Positions 15,182 to 26,600 of a DNA stretch of 32,428 nucleotides are shown here, piece by piece. A program made the position numbers and the translations under genes. Source of the DNA: a virus (taxonomy: Duplodnaviria > Caudoviricetes); IMG/VR virus record IMGVR_UViG_3300030372_001119, positions 1 through 32,428 of that record, one strand, 5' to 3'. Each line of letters begins with the position of its first letter. Position 1 is the first letter of the stretch. The notes under the pieces were generated by a model. The model had not been told where the DNA came from. It saw only the letters and a program-made list of their open reading frames with translations, and made no database searches.

Positions 15182-15950
15182 TGAATCTTTAGTAGAACCA
15201 CAAGTAGTAGAAGAAACAACGGAGTCTGGCGATCTCCCTCCCACCCAATCTGCACCAACCGAAAGCCAGACTCCAACCAAACCAGATCATGTACCAGAAA
15301 AATTTTGGAAAGATGGAAAGCTAGATGATTTATCTTTAGCTAAGTCATATACAGAATTAGAAGGTATGATTGGTAAAAGAAAAGATGACTTTAAAGAAGA
15401 ACTGGTAGGTGAACTTAAAGCAGAACAAATGAAGGATAGACCAGCAGATGAAAATGCTTATACAATTCCAGAAATAGAAGGATTCACACAAGAAGATATA
15501 CTTGCTAATCCTATGTTAGACTGGTGGAAAAAGACAGCATTTGAACAGGGATTTAATGATGAACAATTCCATGAGGGCATAAAACAATTTGCACAATCTA
15601 ATGTAATAGAAGTTGATTTAGCTCAAGAAAAAAGTAAACTTGGTGATAATGCTGAGGCAAGAATAGATAGCGTAACTAAATGGGCTTCAACTAATTTTCA
15701 GAATGAAGAACTTGATATTGTTGTAGAGTTAGGAACAACTGCTTCTGGTATAAGATTTTTAGAAAGATGTATGGGTATGGGTGTTAGTAGTGTTAATACT
15801 GCTGATGCAGTAGCCAAAGGAACAGGACAACAAACTATTAGTGACTTAAGATCAATGATGAACGATCCTAGATATTGGGATTCTAATAAAAGGGATGAAG
15901 CTTTTGTTGCAGAAGTTAACGAGGGTTTTCAAAAGTTAGGTGGTAATTAG
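15174..15950 (+). CDS. capsid assembly scaffolding protein
   Basis: KPDHVPEKFW, LAKSYTELE, MMNDPRYW motifs; acidic; position before capsid. Confidence 0.85.
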   Translation: MNDESLVEPQVVEETTESGDLPPTQSAPTESQTPTKPDHVPEKFWKDGKLDDLSLAKSYTELEGMIGKRKDDFKEELVGELKAEQMKDRPADENAYTIPEIEGFTQEDILANPMLDWWKKTAFEQGFNDEQFHEGIKQFAQSNVIEVDLAQEKSKLGDNAEARIDSVTKWASTNFQNEELDIVVELGTTASGIRFLERCMGMGVSSVNTADAVAKGTGQQTISDLRSMMNDPRYWDSNKRDEAFVAEVNEGFQKLGGN

Positions 15951-16428
15951 TATATTTAGACCTGACTTACAGCTAGTTACAGAACTAGCTGACAATCTAA
16001 CTAACGAAGATATTGCAGAATGTGAGTTACTTGGATGCACACCTTTAGAGGCGTGTGTCCAGGCGCTAGAAGAACATCAACAAGATATATCATGGGTAGC
16101 TGTAAACAAACATGGACCTATGATGATGTGGGGAATATTTAGAGATACACCTCCTGTTAACAACAAGATGTATAAAAATGCTGGTAGAATATGGCTTTTA
16201 ATGTCTAACAACATGAATAAAAAAGAAAAGTTTATATTCTTAAGAGAGTCAAAAACATGGGTAGAAGTCTTTAATACACACTTTGATTTGATATTTAACA
16301 TAGCAGATTCAAGGAGAAAAGGTCTAAAGAAGTTTTTACTCTACCATAAGTTTGATATTATAGACTTAGAAGATGACAACCGTATGTATTTTGTGCGTTG
16401 CGTGAACAATCAAGAAATAATTAATTAG
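15940..16428 (+). CDS. T7 gp13/DUF2833-like (GNAT-like fold) protein
   Basis: LADNL..EDIAEC...G..P, MWGI, GRIWLL, FLRESK.WV, FN......KKFL....F pattern. Confidence 0.55.
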   Translation: MVISIFRPDLQLVTELADNLTNEDIAECELLGCTPLEACVQALEEHQQDISWVAVNKHGPMMMWGIFRDTPPVNNKMYKNAGRIWLLMSNNMNKKEKFIFLRESKTWVEVFNTHFDLIFNIADSRRKGLKKFLLYHKFDIIDLEDDNRMYFVRCVNNQEIIN

Positions 16429-16537
16429 TGTTAACTGCCCAAAGGTAAATGGCCAACCCTATTCCTTAGGATAATTGGAATCAGTACTCTAGGATAACAG
16501 GAGGTATTTTATTAACTCTAACTAAAGGAGAGTATTT

Positions 16538-17365
16538 ATGGCATTATCCATAGATCAAGCGTTTATTACGCAGTTCGAGAGTGAAGTCCACCTTGCTTAT
16601 CAAAGAGCTGGTGCTAAGCTCAAAAACACAACTCGCCAAGTCAATAATGTAACTGGTTCAACTGCACGATTCCAAAAAATCGGTAAAGGCGAAGCTGTTA
16701 CTAAATCAAGACATGCAGAAGTAACAAGCATGGACCTCACACATACTAATGTTGATGTCACATTGTCTGATTATTATGCAGCTGATTATATTGACACTCT
16801 TGACCTACTCAAGACAAACATTGATGAAAGACAAGTAGTCGCTACTAATGCTGCAAACGCATTAGGAAGAAAGACTGATGACCTTATCATTTCTGCTCTT
16901 GATGCTGGTAATGGTACAACAATCGCTGCTGGTTCAGCTGGTTTAACAAAAGCTAAAGTATTAAATGCTTTTGTTTCCATGAATGAATCAGACATCCCTG
17001 ATGACGGACAAAGATACTTTGTAGTGTCACCAGAAGGATGGGCAGACTTGTTGGCTATTGACGAATTTGTTAACACAGATTATGTCAAAGAGGCTGAGCA
17101 ACCTTTCCCAAGTGGTTTTACACAGAAAAAATGGCTAGGATTTAACTTTATGATCCATTCAGCATTACCTATTTCTACTAATGATAGAAAATGTTTTGCT
17201 TACCATAAATCTGCTATCGGAACTGCAACAGGATCGGATGTTAGAACAGAAGTGAATTACATTCCAGAAAAAGTTAGTAACCTTGTAACCTCATATATGT
17301 CAATGGGATCGATTGCTGTCGATACTACTGGCATTATTGAAGTCGTTATAGACGAATCGGTATAG
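16538..17365 (+). CDS. major capsid protein
   Basis: IDQAFITQFESEVHLAYQR, ARFQKIG, AANALGRKTD, WLGF, EVNYIPEK; AAAGGAG SD. Confidence 0.93.
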   Translation: MALSIDQAFITQFESEVHLAYQRAGAKLKNTTRQVNNVTGSTARFQKIGKGEAVTKSRHAEVTSMDLTHTNVDVTLSDYYAADYIDTLDLLKTNIDERQVVATNAANALGRKTDDLIISALDAGNGTTIAAGSAGLTKAKVLNAFVSMNESDIPDDGQRYFVVSPEGWADLLAIDEFVNTDYVKEAEQPFPSGFTQKKWLGFNFMIHSALPISTNDRKCFAYHKSAIGTATGSDVRTEVNYIPEKVSNLVTSYMSMGSIAVDTTGIIEVVIDESV

Positions 17366-17374
17366 GAGTAAAAC

Positions 17375-17620
17375 ATGGCTTTATCATCAAGTGAATTGAA
17401 AAAAGTCGGTGGTGCTTCACCAGCTATTTGGTATTACAAATCAGCTGATGCCGTTGGCACTATATCCGGCTCTGGTTATTTTAACGATGTTACTACTAAT
17501 CTGAAACAATTTGATATTATTCTTGTTGTTTCGGCTACTGGTGGTACTGCTGCTGTTGATGTACTAACTGTATCATCAACTACTGGCAATACAACTGTAA
17601 CAACTACTGCTTTAGCATAA
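17375..17620 (+). CDS. small virion protein (possible capsid decoration protein)
   Basis: 81 aa beta-rich, WYYKSADA...SGYFN, directly after capsid; AGGAG SD. Confidence 0.7.
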   Translation: MALSSSELKKVGGASPAIWYYKSADAVGTISGSGYFNDVTTNLKQFDIILVVSATGGTAAVDVLTVSSTTGNTTVTTTALA

Positions 17621-17630
17621 CCTAAAAAGG

Positions 17631-17663
17631 ATAGGGGTAGTGAGCGTTCGCAGCTACCCCTAT
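17631..17663. terminator. stem-loop after the capsid block (terminator or RNA-stabilising hairpin)
   Basis: 10 bp stem ATAGGGGTAG/CTACCCCTAT; no clean U-tract on +. Confidence 0.55.
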
Positions 17664-17670
17664 AATTAAC

Positions 17671-18297
17671 ATGACAACAACAACATCAACTCCCTCAGGG
17701 AGTGACATAGACATAGCCTCAAGAGGATTAGTTCTAATCGGTGCATCACCGATTTCGTCGTTTTCTGGAACAACAACTGAATCCCAAGTAGCACAGAATC
17801 TGTATGAAGATATTGTAAGAACAGCTCTCACACAGACACGATGGAGGTTTGCCTCAAACATAACACAGTTATCAAGACTAACAGAAGCTCCAATAGATGA
17901 CGATAGATATGATGCTGCTTATACAATTCCACAAGAATCAATTATGATACATGGCGTTACTGTTAATGGTAACCCAATACAATACGAAATATTTACAGAG
18001 AAGTTATTCTGTAATGCTGGTGTTAATGACAAAGTTATAGCTGAATATACATACAGACCAGACACAAGTACATTTCCACCATACTTTATTACAGCATTAC
18101 AATTCCATTTAGCATCTGTCTTTGCTGGAGCAATAGCAGAAGATGAAAACAAATCAGCACTTTTTGAAGAAAAAGCACAAAGACAATATCTATTAGCAAG
18201 GAATGTAGATGCTCAACAAACTACATCTGAGAGATTAAGAATGGATAGGTATGCTAAGTTTAGAGGTAACTCACGGACACTTGCTAGGAGATTCTAA
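17671..18297 (+). CDS. tail tubular protein A / adaptor (T7 gp11-like)
   Basis: DIASRGLVLIGASPISSF, LYE.....L...RWRFA, FPPYF..AL...LA. Confidence 0.85.
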   Translation: MTTTTSTPSGSDIDIASRGLVLIGASPISSFSGTTTESQVAQNLYEDIVRTALTQTRWRFASNITQLSRLTEAPIDDDRYDAAYTIPQESIMIHGVTVNGNPIQYEIFTEKLFCNAGVNDKVIAEYTYRPDTSTFPPYFITALQFHLASVFAGAIAEDENKSALFEEKAQRQYLLARNVDAQQTTSERLRMDRYAKFRGNSRTLARRF

Positions 18298-20822
18298 TGG
18301 CTAAAAAGATAAAATTTGTACAAACAGATTTTACTGTAGGCGAATTGGATCCTCGTATGAAAGCAAGGACAGACATTCCAGCTTATTCTGCTGGATGTAA
18401 GAAACTTAGAAATGCTTTATTAACATCACAAGGATCAGTATTTAGGAGGCCAGGCACTCTACATTGGGATGAATTAACTGGTACTACTACTCATGCTAGA
18501 GTAGAACCATTTGTATTTAATGAAACACAAGAATATCTTTTCTTATTTCAAATAGGTAAGATTGTTGTTTATGATGTAACAAGTCAAACACCTATATCAA
18601 CTATATCAACATATACAGATGGATCAACAACTCCTACTATACCTATTACCGCAGACAATATACATGAGTTTACATACGCCCAACAAGCCGATACATTTAT
18701 TTTTACCCATGAATCATTTAATCCTATTGTAGTAGAAAGAGTAAGCTCATCTTCATTTACTGCAAAGAAATTAGAATTTAAGAAATCATCTAATGTGACA
18801 GAATATACTGATAGTGGAATAACGAGAGTATTGCATGAAATTTATCAACCATACTCTAAGCTGGCTCTAAGCGATACGACCATTAAACCTAGCTCCAATA
18901 GTGGTCTAATCGACTTAGTAGCCAGCGTTAATACATTTAGCAGTGATTGGCACGGAGAGTCAATACTGTGGCATGGAAAAGAAATAGAACTTATATGGGA
19001 TAATTCAACAAGTACAGCAACTACTATAGGTGGACAAGTTAAAGATGTATTAGAAATTAAATTAGGTTTAAATCCATTTAGGTCTACTGCTGGACAAAAC
19101 TCTGTAGAAATTACATTAGTTAATCATGGCTTTAAAGCTGGTGATGTTATTACATTAAGTGGTTTTGCTGGAGAGCCTGGGCTTATACAAAGAGCTGGAT
19201 TAAATGGATCATATCAAATTAGGAGAGTAGTAGATGATGATCATTTTGAAATTGGAACAGACTCAATAACCAATGCTACACAAATATTGTCTGGTAGTGG
19301 TATTGGATTCTTTTTACCAGCTGGTGTTACATGGAATCCTACTGGTGGATATAGTGTAGGTAACAGCCCTACAACTAATTGGGCAGTATACAACGCATCA
19401 CATGAAGTAACTGGATATACTGGCAACACAGCCAATACTGATCCTAATGGTAATGGGTCCAGAGATTTTGGTGGTGCTGGTATTAAAATAACTGGAGCTA
19501 ATATGCCTCCATCAAGAGAATGGAAAGAACAATCTTTCTGTTCAAGAAATGGTTACCCAAGAGCAATAACATTCCATCAAAATAGATTATGGTTTGGAGG
19601 AACAATAAACCAACCTGATGCTGTATTTGGTTCACAGTCAGGAGATTACTATAACTTTGATGTGGGTAATGCTGCGGACAATGATAGTGTCCAAACTATT
19701 GTAGCATCAAATCAATTAAACGAAATATATCATATTGTGTCAAATAAAGGATTAGAAATACTTACAAGTGGTGGAGAGTTTCTTGTTATACAAGATGCTG
19801 GTACTCCTCTCACTCCAACGAATATTCAAATCGAAAGGATGACAGGCTATGGATCAACACGAACTAATCCTCATATATGTAATGGTAACACTTTTTATGT
19901 ACAAAGGAATGGTAGAACTGTTAGAGATTTGGAAAGAGTATCTGCTGGAGCTTTTGCACCAAGAGATGTTTCCATACGGTCTAGCCATCTTATTAATACT
20001 CCTATCGATATATGCAGCTTCGGTGGTTCTGATACCAGACCTGAGGAATATATTTTCTTCATAAACACAGATGGTACTGTGGCTGTATGTCATACTGTTT
20101 TATCTGAATCTATACTTGGATGGGTACTATGGGATGCGTCAGGACAAACACCTAGTACCGATGGTCACTTAGATAAAGTTATGTCTATGTGTGCTGTTAA
20201 CGAAAATATATTTTGGGTTACAAATAGAAACAATGTTATCTCTTTAGAAAAATTTACAAACTTTGATGAAGTAAACCCTATAAATGAATGTCATTTAGAT
20301 GGTGCTGTAGCTGTGCAAGTAGCAAGTGATCAAACTATATCTAATATACCAGCTCATTTTTACAACAAAACTGTTCATGTAATAAAAGATGATGGAAGTT
20401 ATAGAGGAACTCAAACTGTATCAGGAACAGGAACATTAGATGCAAGTTTATTAAATCTAAAATATGAAGTTATTGATGGAGTTATCCATCAAGATAGGGC
20501 ATATATAGGATATTCATATTTTATGAACTTGGAAACTATGCCAGTAGATTTTCAATATCCAGGCAGTGAATTAACTGGCAACATGAGGAGAATAACAAGA
20601 GTAAAAGTAGAAACTGAGGGAGCATTGTCAATGTCTGTTAATGGTAGAACATTATTTAACAGGACTACTGCATCTGGCCTTATACAACAGGACCCAGCTA
20701 GAGTAGATGGCAAACAGGATTTTAGATTGTTAGGTTATTCTCAGGACCCAACAATTCAAATAACACAGACATTACCAGCATCATGTGGAGTAATGCAATT
20801 AGTAAGTGAGGTAACAGTATAA
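18297..20822 (+). CDS. tail tubular protein B / nozzle (T7 gp12-like)
   Basis: F..GEL.P, G...RRPG, YAQQAD, GYP..ITFHQNRL.FGG, S.SGDY.NF, LTP.N, F.QRNG. Confidence 0.9.
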   Translation: MAKKIKFVQTDFTVGELDPRMKARTDIPAYSAGCKKLRNALLTSQGSVFRRPGTLHWDELTGTTTHARVEPFVFNETQEYLFLFQIGKIVVYDVTSQTPISTISTYTDGSTTPTIPITADNIHEFTYAQQADTFIFTHESFNPIVVERVSSSSFTAKKLEFKKSSNVTEYTDSGITRVLHEIYQPYSKLALSDTTIKPSSNSGLIDLVASVNTFSSDWHGESILWHGKEIELIWDNSTSTATTIGGQVKDVLEIKLGLNPFRSTAGQNSVEITLVNHGFKAGDVITLSGFAGEPGLIQRAGLNGSYQIRRVVDDDHFEIGTDSITNATQILSGSGIGFFLPAGVTWNPTGGYSVGNSPTTNWAVYNASHEVTGYTGNTANTDPNGNGSRDFGGAGIKITGANMPPSREWKEQSFCSRNGYPRAITFHQNRLWFGGTINQPDAVFGSQSGDYYNFDVGNAADNDSVQTIVASNQLNEIYHIVSNKGLEILTSGGEFLVIQDAGTPLTPTNIQIERMTGYGSTRTNPHICNGNTFYVQRNGRTVRDLERVSAGAFAPRDVSIRSSHLINTPIDICSFGGSDTRPEEYIFFINTDGTVAVCHTVLSESILGWVLWDASGQTPSTDGHLDKVMSMCAVNENIFWVTNRNNVISLEKFTNFDEVNPINECHLDGAVAVQVASDQTISNIPAHFYNKTVHVIKDDGSYRGTQTVSGTGTLDASLLNLKYEVIDGVIHQDRAYIGYSYFMNLETMPVDFQYPGSELTGNMRRITRVKVETEGALSMSVNGRTLFNRTTASGLIQQDPARVDGKQDFRLLGYSQDPTIQITQTLPASCGVMQLVSEVTV

Positions 20823-21241
20823 TGGCTAATCCACTTTATTTAATAGCAGCTGGTGTTAGCGCTTTTGGTATGTTGTATTCTGGCAAAGCAGCAAAAGCAC
20901 AAGCCAAACAACAAGCATACGAATTAAAAATACAAGAACAAAATGAAATACTTAATTCTGTTATGGAAGAAAATGCTATTGTAAATGAAAACCAAAAAGT
21001 TATAGAACAAAATCTTGCAGTAATGCAAGGCGGTGAATCATCATTAGTTGCTACAGATGAAATTATAAAAAAACAAAAACAAGATGTTCAAGTAACTCAA
21101 ACAAAAAGTTTGTTAAAAAGAGATGCCTTAATAAGAGGAGGTAAAGCTGCTTTACAAGCTGGAAAGATGAGTCAAAGAGCATCATACATTGGTGCTGCTG
21201 GATCATTAATTAGTGGCGGTGCTAAATATAAGGATAGTTAA
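20822..21241 (+). CDS. internal virion (ejection) protein, small
   Basis: Hydrophobic Ala/Gly N-terminus, Gln/Ala-rich helix; position after tube B. Confidence 0.65.
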   Translation: MANPLYLIAAGVSAFGMLYSGKAAKAQAKQQAYELKIQEQNEILNSVMEENAIVNENQKVIEQNLAVMQGGESSLVATDEIIKKQKQDVQVTQTKSLLKRDALIRGGKAALQAGKMSQRASYIGAAGSLISGGAKYKDS

Positions 21242-21243
21242 TA

Positions 21244-23664
21244 GTGATAAAAAGAGGAAAAAGATTTAACTCAAGCGTAGGCAATATATCTGTTGTTAAT
21301 AGTGGTGCTGGTTTACAAGGTGCTGATGCAGTTGGCAGACAAATATCGGCTGTTGGAGAAGTGCTTACAAGTATAGCAGACAGTAGAAGCAAAGGTTCTG
21401 ATAGTTTGGGTTCGCAATATGTTAAAACTTTAGGAGAAATACAAAGTGGTGTTATAATATCAGGAGCTGATCCAGAGTCTGCACAAGCTATGACAAATGA
21501 TTTAACAGCCCAATACGATTTTAATGAAAACGAATCAGCTAGAATATACTCAGCATTATTAACTAATGCCAATCAATTACAAGACAAAAAAGCATTAGCT
21601 AATGCAGAAATAAATAGTAATAAATTTGTTAACGATACATTCAGTAGAATATTTTTAGAAGGAAACAGAGTAACACCTAATGATCCAGATTATGAAAGTG
21701 AGTTAGATGCATTTGCAAACTTAAATTGGAGAGAATGGATAAACGATCCTAATAATACAAAAGGCATAAAACCAGAAAATTTAGATTTTGTTATTCAAAA
21801 TATGGAACAAAAAGCTACAAATTTAGTAATGCAACAAAAGACAAAACTTGCAAATCATCAACTAGACATAGCTGAAAGAACAGAAATAAACAAATTAGAA
21901 AGAGAGTATGGATATGAACTAGCTAAGAATTATGAATATGGAGGGCTATCATATACTTTTCAATCTTTCCTTGAAGATGATAAACGGTTAGATGCATTAT
22001 CTACAAAATCTGGTAAGAATTACACTCCATTAAATATTGTTCAACAAAATATACAATCTTTAGGTGGACATATTATAGATAGCATTAGGTATGATGCAAC
22101 TGGCAAAAAAAATAATTCTGATGATATAGCATTGGAATTAGGAAAGTGGGTATCTTTGTTAGAAACAGGACAAGGATCAGTTACAATAAGTGGAAAAGAT
22201 TTAGAAGGAAACGACACAAATATAATTTTAGATAAAAACACTATTGGCAGATATATACCAGATGATGCAAGAAAATCTCTTGCCATAATGATAGAAGATT
22301 TAGAGGGTAAAGAATTTTCTGGTCAAGATGGTCTTACAATTTTAAATAATGCAAATCATTGGAACAATGAAGGCCAACCAATGAAATTTATAAGCGATTC
22401 TGCTTTAGGTAAAGTTAACACTTATGTTGGTTTACAATTTGAAGAATTTGATAAAAATATAGCATTAAGCCCTGAGGAAAATATAGGACATAAGTTAGCA
22501 TTTGCAAGTAATGTAATGATAGATTTAGGTCAAGCGCCAGAAGAAATAACTAGCACTCTATATAACCTAATGCTAACCAGTCCTGAGTTAGCATGGCAAG
22601 TAGCTGGATTAATAAACAATGCAGATTTACAAAGAGTTGGTCCTTTAAATTTTGAAGGCCCAGATGCTGATGAATTATTAAGATTAAAAGACGCAATCAT
22701 TCATGAAGAAATGATATTTGGAACTGACCTAAACGAAAAATATAATACAATAATAAATCAAACTATAAACAAAGATCAAAGTTTAACAGTTACTCTTAGT
22801 GATGGCGACCAAGTAAAAATAAGTACATTGTTTAACCGAACATTAAAAGATGACAAACAAAACGATTTGTATGATCTTTTTAACACAGGAAGTACTTACG
22901 GTGCAGAACAATATTGGAATAGAGTTGCAGTCAAGTTAGGTTTTGGTGAAACTATGTTAAAAAACTGGATGGGAGTTTTTGGTTATAAAGGTGTAAATGC
23001 TGGACAAGAAAAAGCGTTAGTACAAGCATTAGCTGCAACACCTGGATTTTTAGGTTACATGGAAAATTATGTAAACCAACAAGTAAGAACATTTATGTCT
23101 CAAAATGGAGAGTTAGAACAGTTTACTTTTGATCGTTTACAGAAAGTTGCACAAGATGGGCTTACAGAGTTTGCTAATAATTTTACTCATGATAGTTACA
23201 GCTTATATCCATTTACACACAAAGCTCATTCTGCTCAGCCAAATAATAATTTTGGCTATGACATAAGAACAGAGGAATTTAATGCTGTAAACGAAGCCCA
23301 GCTAAAAGGTAGTGGTTATGATAACTTAAAGGCAACAGATTTAAAGTATATGTTTGTTGAAAGTAGAGTAGTAGAGATAGAGCGTAATGGAAAAAAAGTG
23401 CCACAATTAGTAAATAGGTATCAAGTATTTAAACAATCAGAAAATGATGCGATGGCAGTAGAGCTAAGAGATAATAAGCATCAACCTATAATTGTCGAAC
23501 CATTAATATCACAAGATTGGGTAGAATCAAATGTTTTAACTGATAAAGAAATGGCAGCAAAAAGAAGACGAGAGATAGAAAAAGAAAATGAGAATTGGAT
23601 TAATTTCTTAAAATTAATGTCACCAAAAGCTGCTGAACCATACACAATTATACCTGAAGCGTAA
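21244..23664 (+). CDS. large internal virion (ejection) protein
   Basis: 806 aa ORF in the ejectosome position; function inferred from synteny. Confidence 0.55.
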   Translation: MIKRGKRFNSSVGNISVVNSGAGLQGADAVGRQISAVGEVLTSIADSRSKGSDSLGSQYVKTLGEIQSGVIISGADPESAQAMTNDLTAQYDFNENESARIYSALLTNANQLQDKKALANAEINSNKFVNDTFSRIFLEGNRVTPNDPDYESELDAFANLNWREWINDPNNTKGIKPENLDFVIQNMEQKATNLVMQQKTKLANHQLDIAERTEINKLEREYGYELAKNYEYGGLSYTFQSFLEDDKRLDALSTKSGKNYTPLNIVQQNIQSLGGHIIDSIRYDATGKKNNSDDIALELGKWVSLLETGQGSVTISGKDLEGNDTNIILDKNTIGRYIPDDARKSLAIMIEDLEGKEFSGQDGLTILNNANHWNNEGQPMKFISDSALGKVNTYVGLQFEEFDKNIALSPEENIGHKLAFASNVMIDLGQAPEEITSTLYNLMLTSPELAWQVAGLINNADLQRVGPLNFEGPDADELLRLKDAIIHEEMIFGTDLNEKYNTIINQTINKDQSLTVTLSDGDQVKISTLFNRTLKDDKQNDLYDLFNTGSTYGAEQYWNRVAVKLGFGETMLKNWMGVFGYKGVNAGQEKALVQALAATPGFLGYMENYVNQQVRTFMSQNGELEQFTFDRLQKVAQDGLTEFANNFTHDSYSLYPFTHKAHSAQPNNNFGYDIRTEEFNAVNEAQLKGSGYDNLKATDLKYMFVESRVVEIERNGKKVPQLVNRYQVFKQSENDAMAVELRDNKHQPIIVEPLISQDWVESNVLTDKEMAAKRRREIEKENENWINFLKLMSPKAAEPYTIIPEA

Positions 23665-23667
23665 AAG

Positions 23668-26600
23668 ATGCCAATAGTTGATCCAAATACTGAAACAGAA
23701 GATATTATATTACATGATATAACCACTCAAAAAGTTCAAACTACAGAAGAACGCATAGAAGAAGAAAGAGAATATGGTTTTTTTGGAAGGTTTGGTTATG
23801 ATGTTAGTTTGCTTTGGCAAACTTTACCAATAGATGAATTAAAACATCATAGAGAAAGAGATGCTTTAGCTGCTGAACATGGAATAGACACAAACTTTGA
23901 TTGGTACTCTAATGCAGTTCCAGAGCTAAGAGATGATTATGCTAGTTATCTGTACAGCGCTAGAAATATTCAAGAGCTAAAATCTATGGAAGATAATTTA
24001 TATGAAAACTTAAACGCAAAAGCAGAAATAGCAGAATACAGTTTGCCTTATCAGTTTTTATTATGGGGTACATCACTTGCTCAAGACCCCTTAATATTTA
24101 TGAACCCAGCTAAAAATGTAAGACCTGGAGCTGGTATAATAAAAAATGCTGCATCTATGGGAGCAAGAACAACAGCTTTAGTTGCTCCGTTTGAATTAGC
24201 TAGAATAGCTCTTGATCCAACATCAAATATGGATGAATTAAAATACACATTAACTGGATCATTTTTATTTGGAGGTGCTTTAGGTCCAATAGTAGGTAAA
24301 TATAAAGGTTTTAGAGAAAGAAAAAGAACAGTAAAAGAAATAGATAAAATAATAGATAATGCTTTTGATGAGATAGATTACATAGCCAGTACTCCATCAA
24401 GAAAAATATTTACTGATGCTTCTGGAGCAAGAATTAGAGGGAAAAAAATGGAAGAAGTTCCAGTCGACACAGATTGGAGAGATAGTACTTTAAGAATACC
24501 TGATGAATCAAAAAAAGTTACACAAGCAGTAAGAAATGTTTTAAAATATCCACTAGGATTAGAAAGATCATGGTTAGATGAAAGTTTTGATATTGTAAAA
24601 TCTTTAGTAAAAGATGGAATAATAACAACAAGAGCTGGTAACGAGCTTATAGATCAAGTATTAGAGTTAAGCGGAGATAGTTCATATATTTTAAATAGAA
24701 CACCAGAGGGCCAAAGCCCATCAGTTAGCTCAAGATACCAAAGTAATTACGGTGGAGAAATTCACAATGTAAGACATTTTATACAAAGAGCATTTAGAAA
24801 TATAAACGGATTGGCAGAAAGTAAAGCGCTTGATGCAGCTGGAGATTTTGATGCTGGTATACAAACAAGAAGATTATCTGATTTCTTTAAAAGAAAAACT
24901 GGCAGAGGAACAAGATCATTAATAGAATGGCATACTTTAAAAGAATTAATATCATTAGAAACTGCATACCCAACTAAAAGCGTTGATGAATTTATTAATG
25001 AATATGGAGCAAGATTAAATACAACAAATCCAGAAGAAATCACAAGAATATTTAAGGAAGTAAAAAAATCAGCTAAAGACTACAGTACAATTTACAATAG
25101 ATTCTATAAAGATTTATTTGATAACGGACTAATTGACAATGCAAAAGTGTTAGATGACCTTATAACAAGACTAGAAAAACAATTAACTGTGTATGAAAAA
25201 AGATTAAAGAAATTTGAAGCTATGCCTAATAGTAAAGGTCGTACTGCTGCTATTAAAGATACAAAAGAAATGATAGCAAAAAGAAAAGGTGAGCTACAAC
25301 TACAAAGAAAAAGTTTGAATCAAAAAAAAGGTGACTATAAATCTAAAGGTCAAAAAAATTATATGCCATTGATATATGATCCAGATTTAATTAGACCTAT
25401 AAGAGGTTGGGTAGAAAAAGAAATAGCAAAAACATTAGATGTTGGTGATGATTTAAAACCAAGAGCAATAAGAGCAAAAGAAATAGTAGACAATATGTTA
25501 AATGAGGGCGCTGGTCATTTTGATAATACAGGAGGTAGAGGTCGAGGAGGAACTAAATATTTAATGAAAAGATCATTACAGTTGCCAAGAAGTGTAATAA
25601 AAAAAATTGCGATATTAGATGCAGAAGTTTTATTCAGAAATTATTACAGGAAAATAGCTCCTAGAATAGAACTAGCAAAATCAAGTGGTGTAAAAGGTGA
25701 TGTAAGTTTATATAAATGGATAGATAGAATCGATGAAATAACAACAGACGCTATGTCAAGAGCAAAATCAGCAAAAGATATAGAAAATATTAGAATTAGA
25801 GGCATTGTACTAAAACAAAACATTCATGATATGCGTGATGCCTTATTAGGTAACTTAATTACAGACTCACAAAGCAAAAGATTTGATGCTAAATTATCAA
25901 GAGATTTAAAAAACTTAGCTGCATCTTCTGTCGCTGGTGGATTTGCTTTAAATAGTTTTGCTGATATAGGAAATATACTTGGTAGAGCTGGTTTAGGAGA
26001 TACATGGGCTGGATTATTAAGAAAATATACAAAACTAGGAACAGTAGATGGACTTGATAATAATAAAGAAATGTTAGTAAGGTGGGGTATATTAAATGAA
26101 ATGGCTATGTCTAGCGTTGGAGCTAGGTTTATAGGTGATGATGGATTGTACCCTACTCATTGGGCAAATAAACTTAGTGGCGCCTTTAGTAAGGGCTTAG
26201 ATAAAATGGGTAATGAAATACATAAGTATAGTGGGTTAGGACCATTAACAGTTTGGTTAAAATCATTAGCTGGAAATATATCACAACAAAGCATTATAGC
26301 TAGAGCAAGAGTTATAGCTAATAATGCTACTAAATTAAAAAACGGAAAATATAAAATTAATCCAGCTGACAATGTTGATTATGATATTTTATCATCATTA
26401 GGTTTTGATCTAAAGGATATAATAAAATTAGGATTAAATACTGATGATGTTGGGTATAAAAACATAAAAATAAATGGTGTTGAACAAAAAGATTTATGGG
26501 AAATAAATACACAAGTTTGGAAAGATCAAGAACTTGCAAACAAATTTGGTCATGCTGTATGGGCTGAAACACAAATGACTGTTATGACTCCACAAATGGC

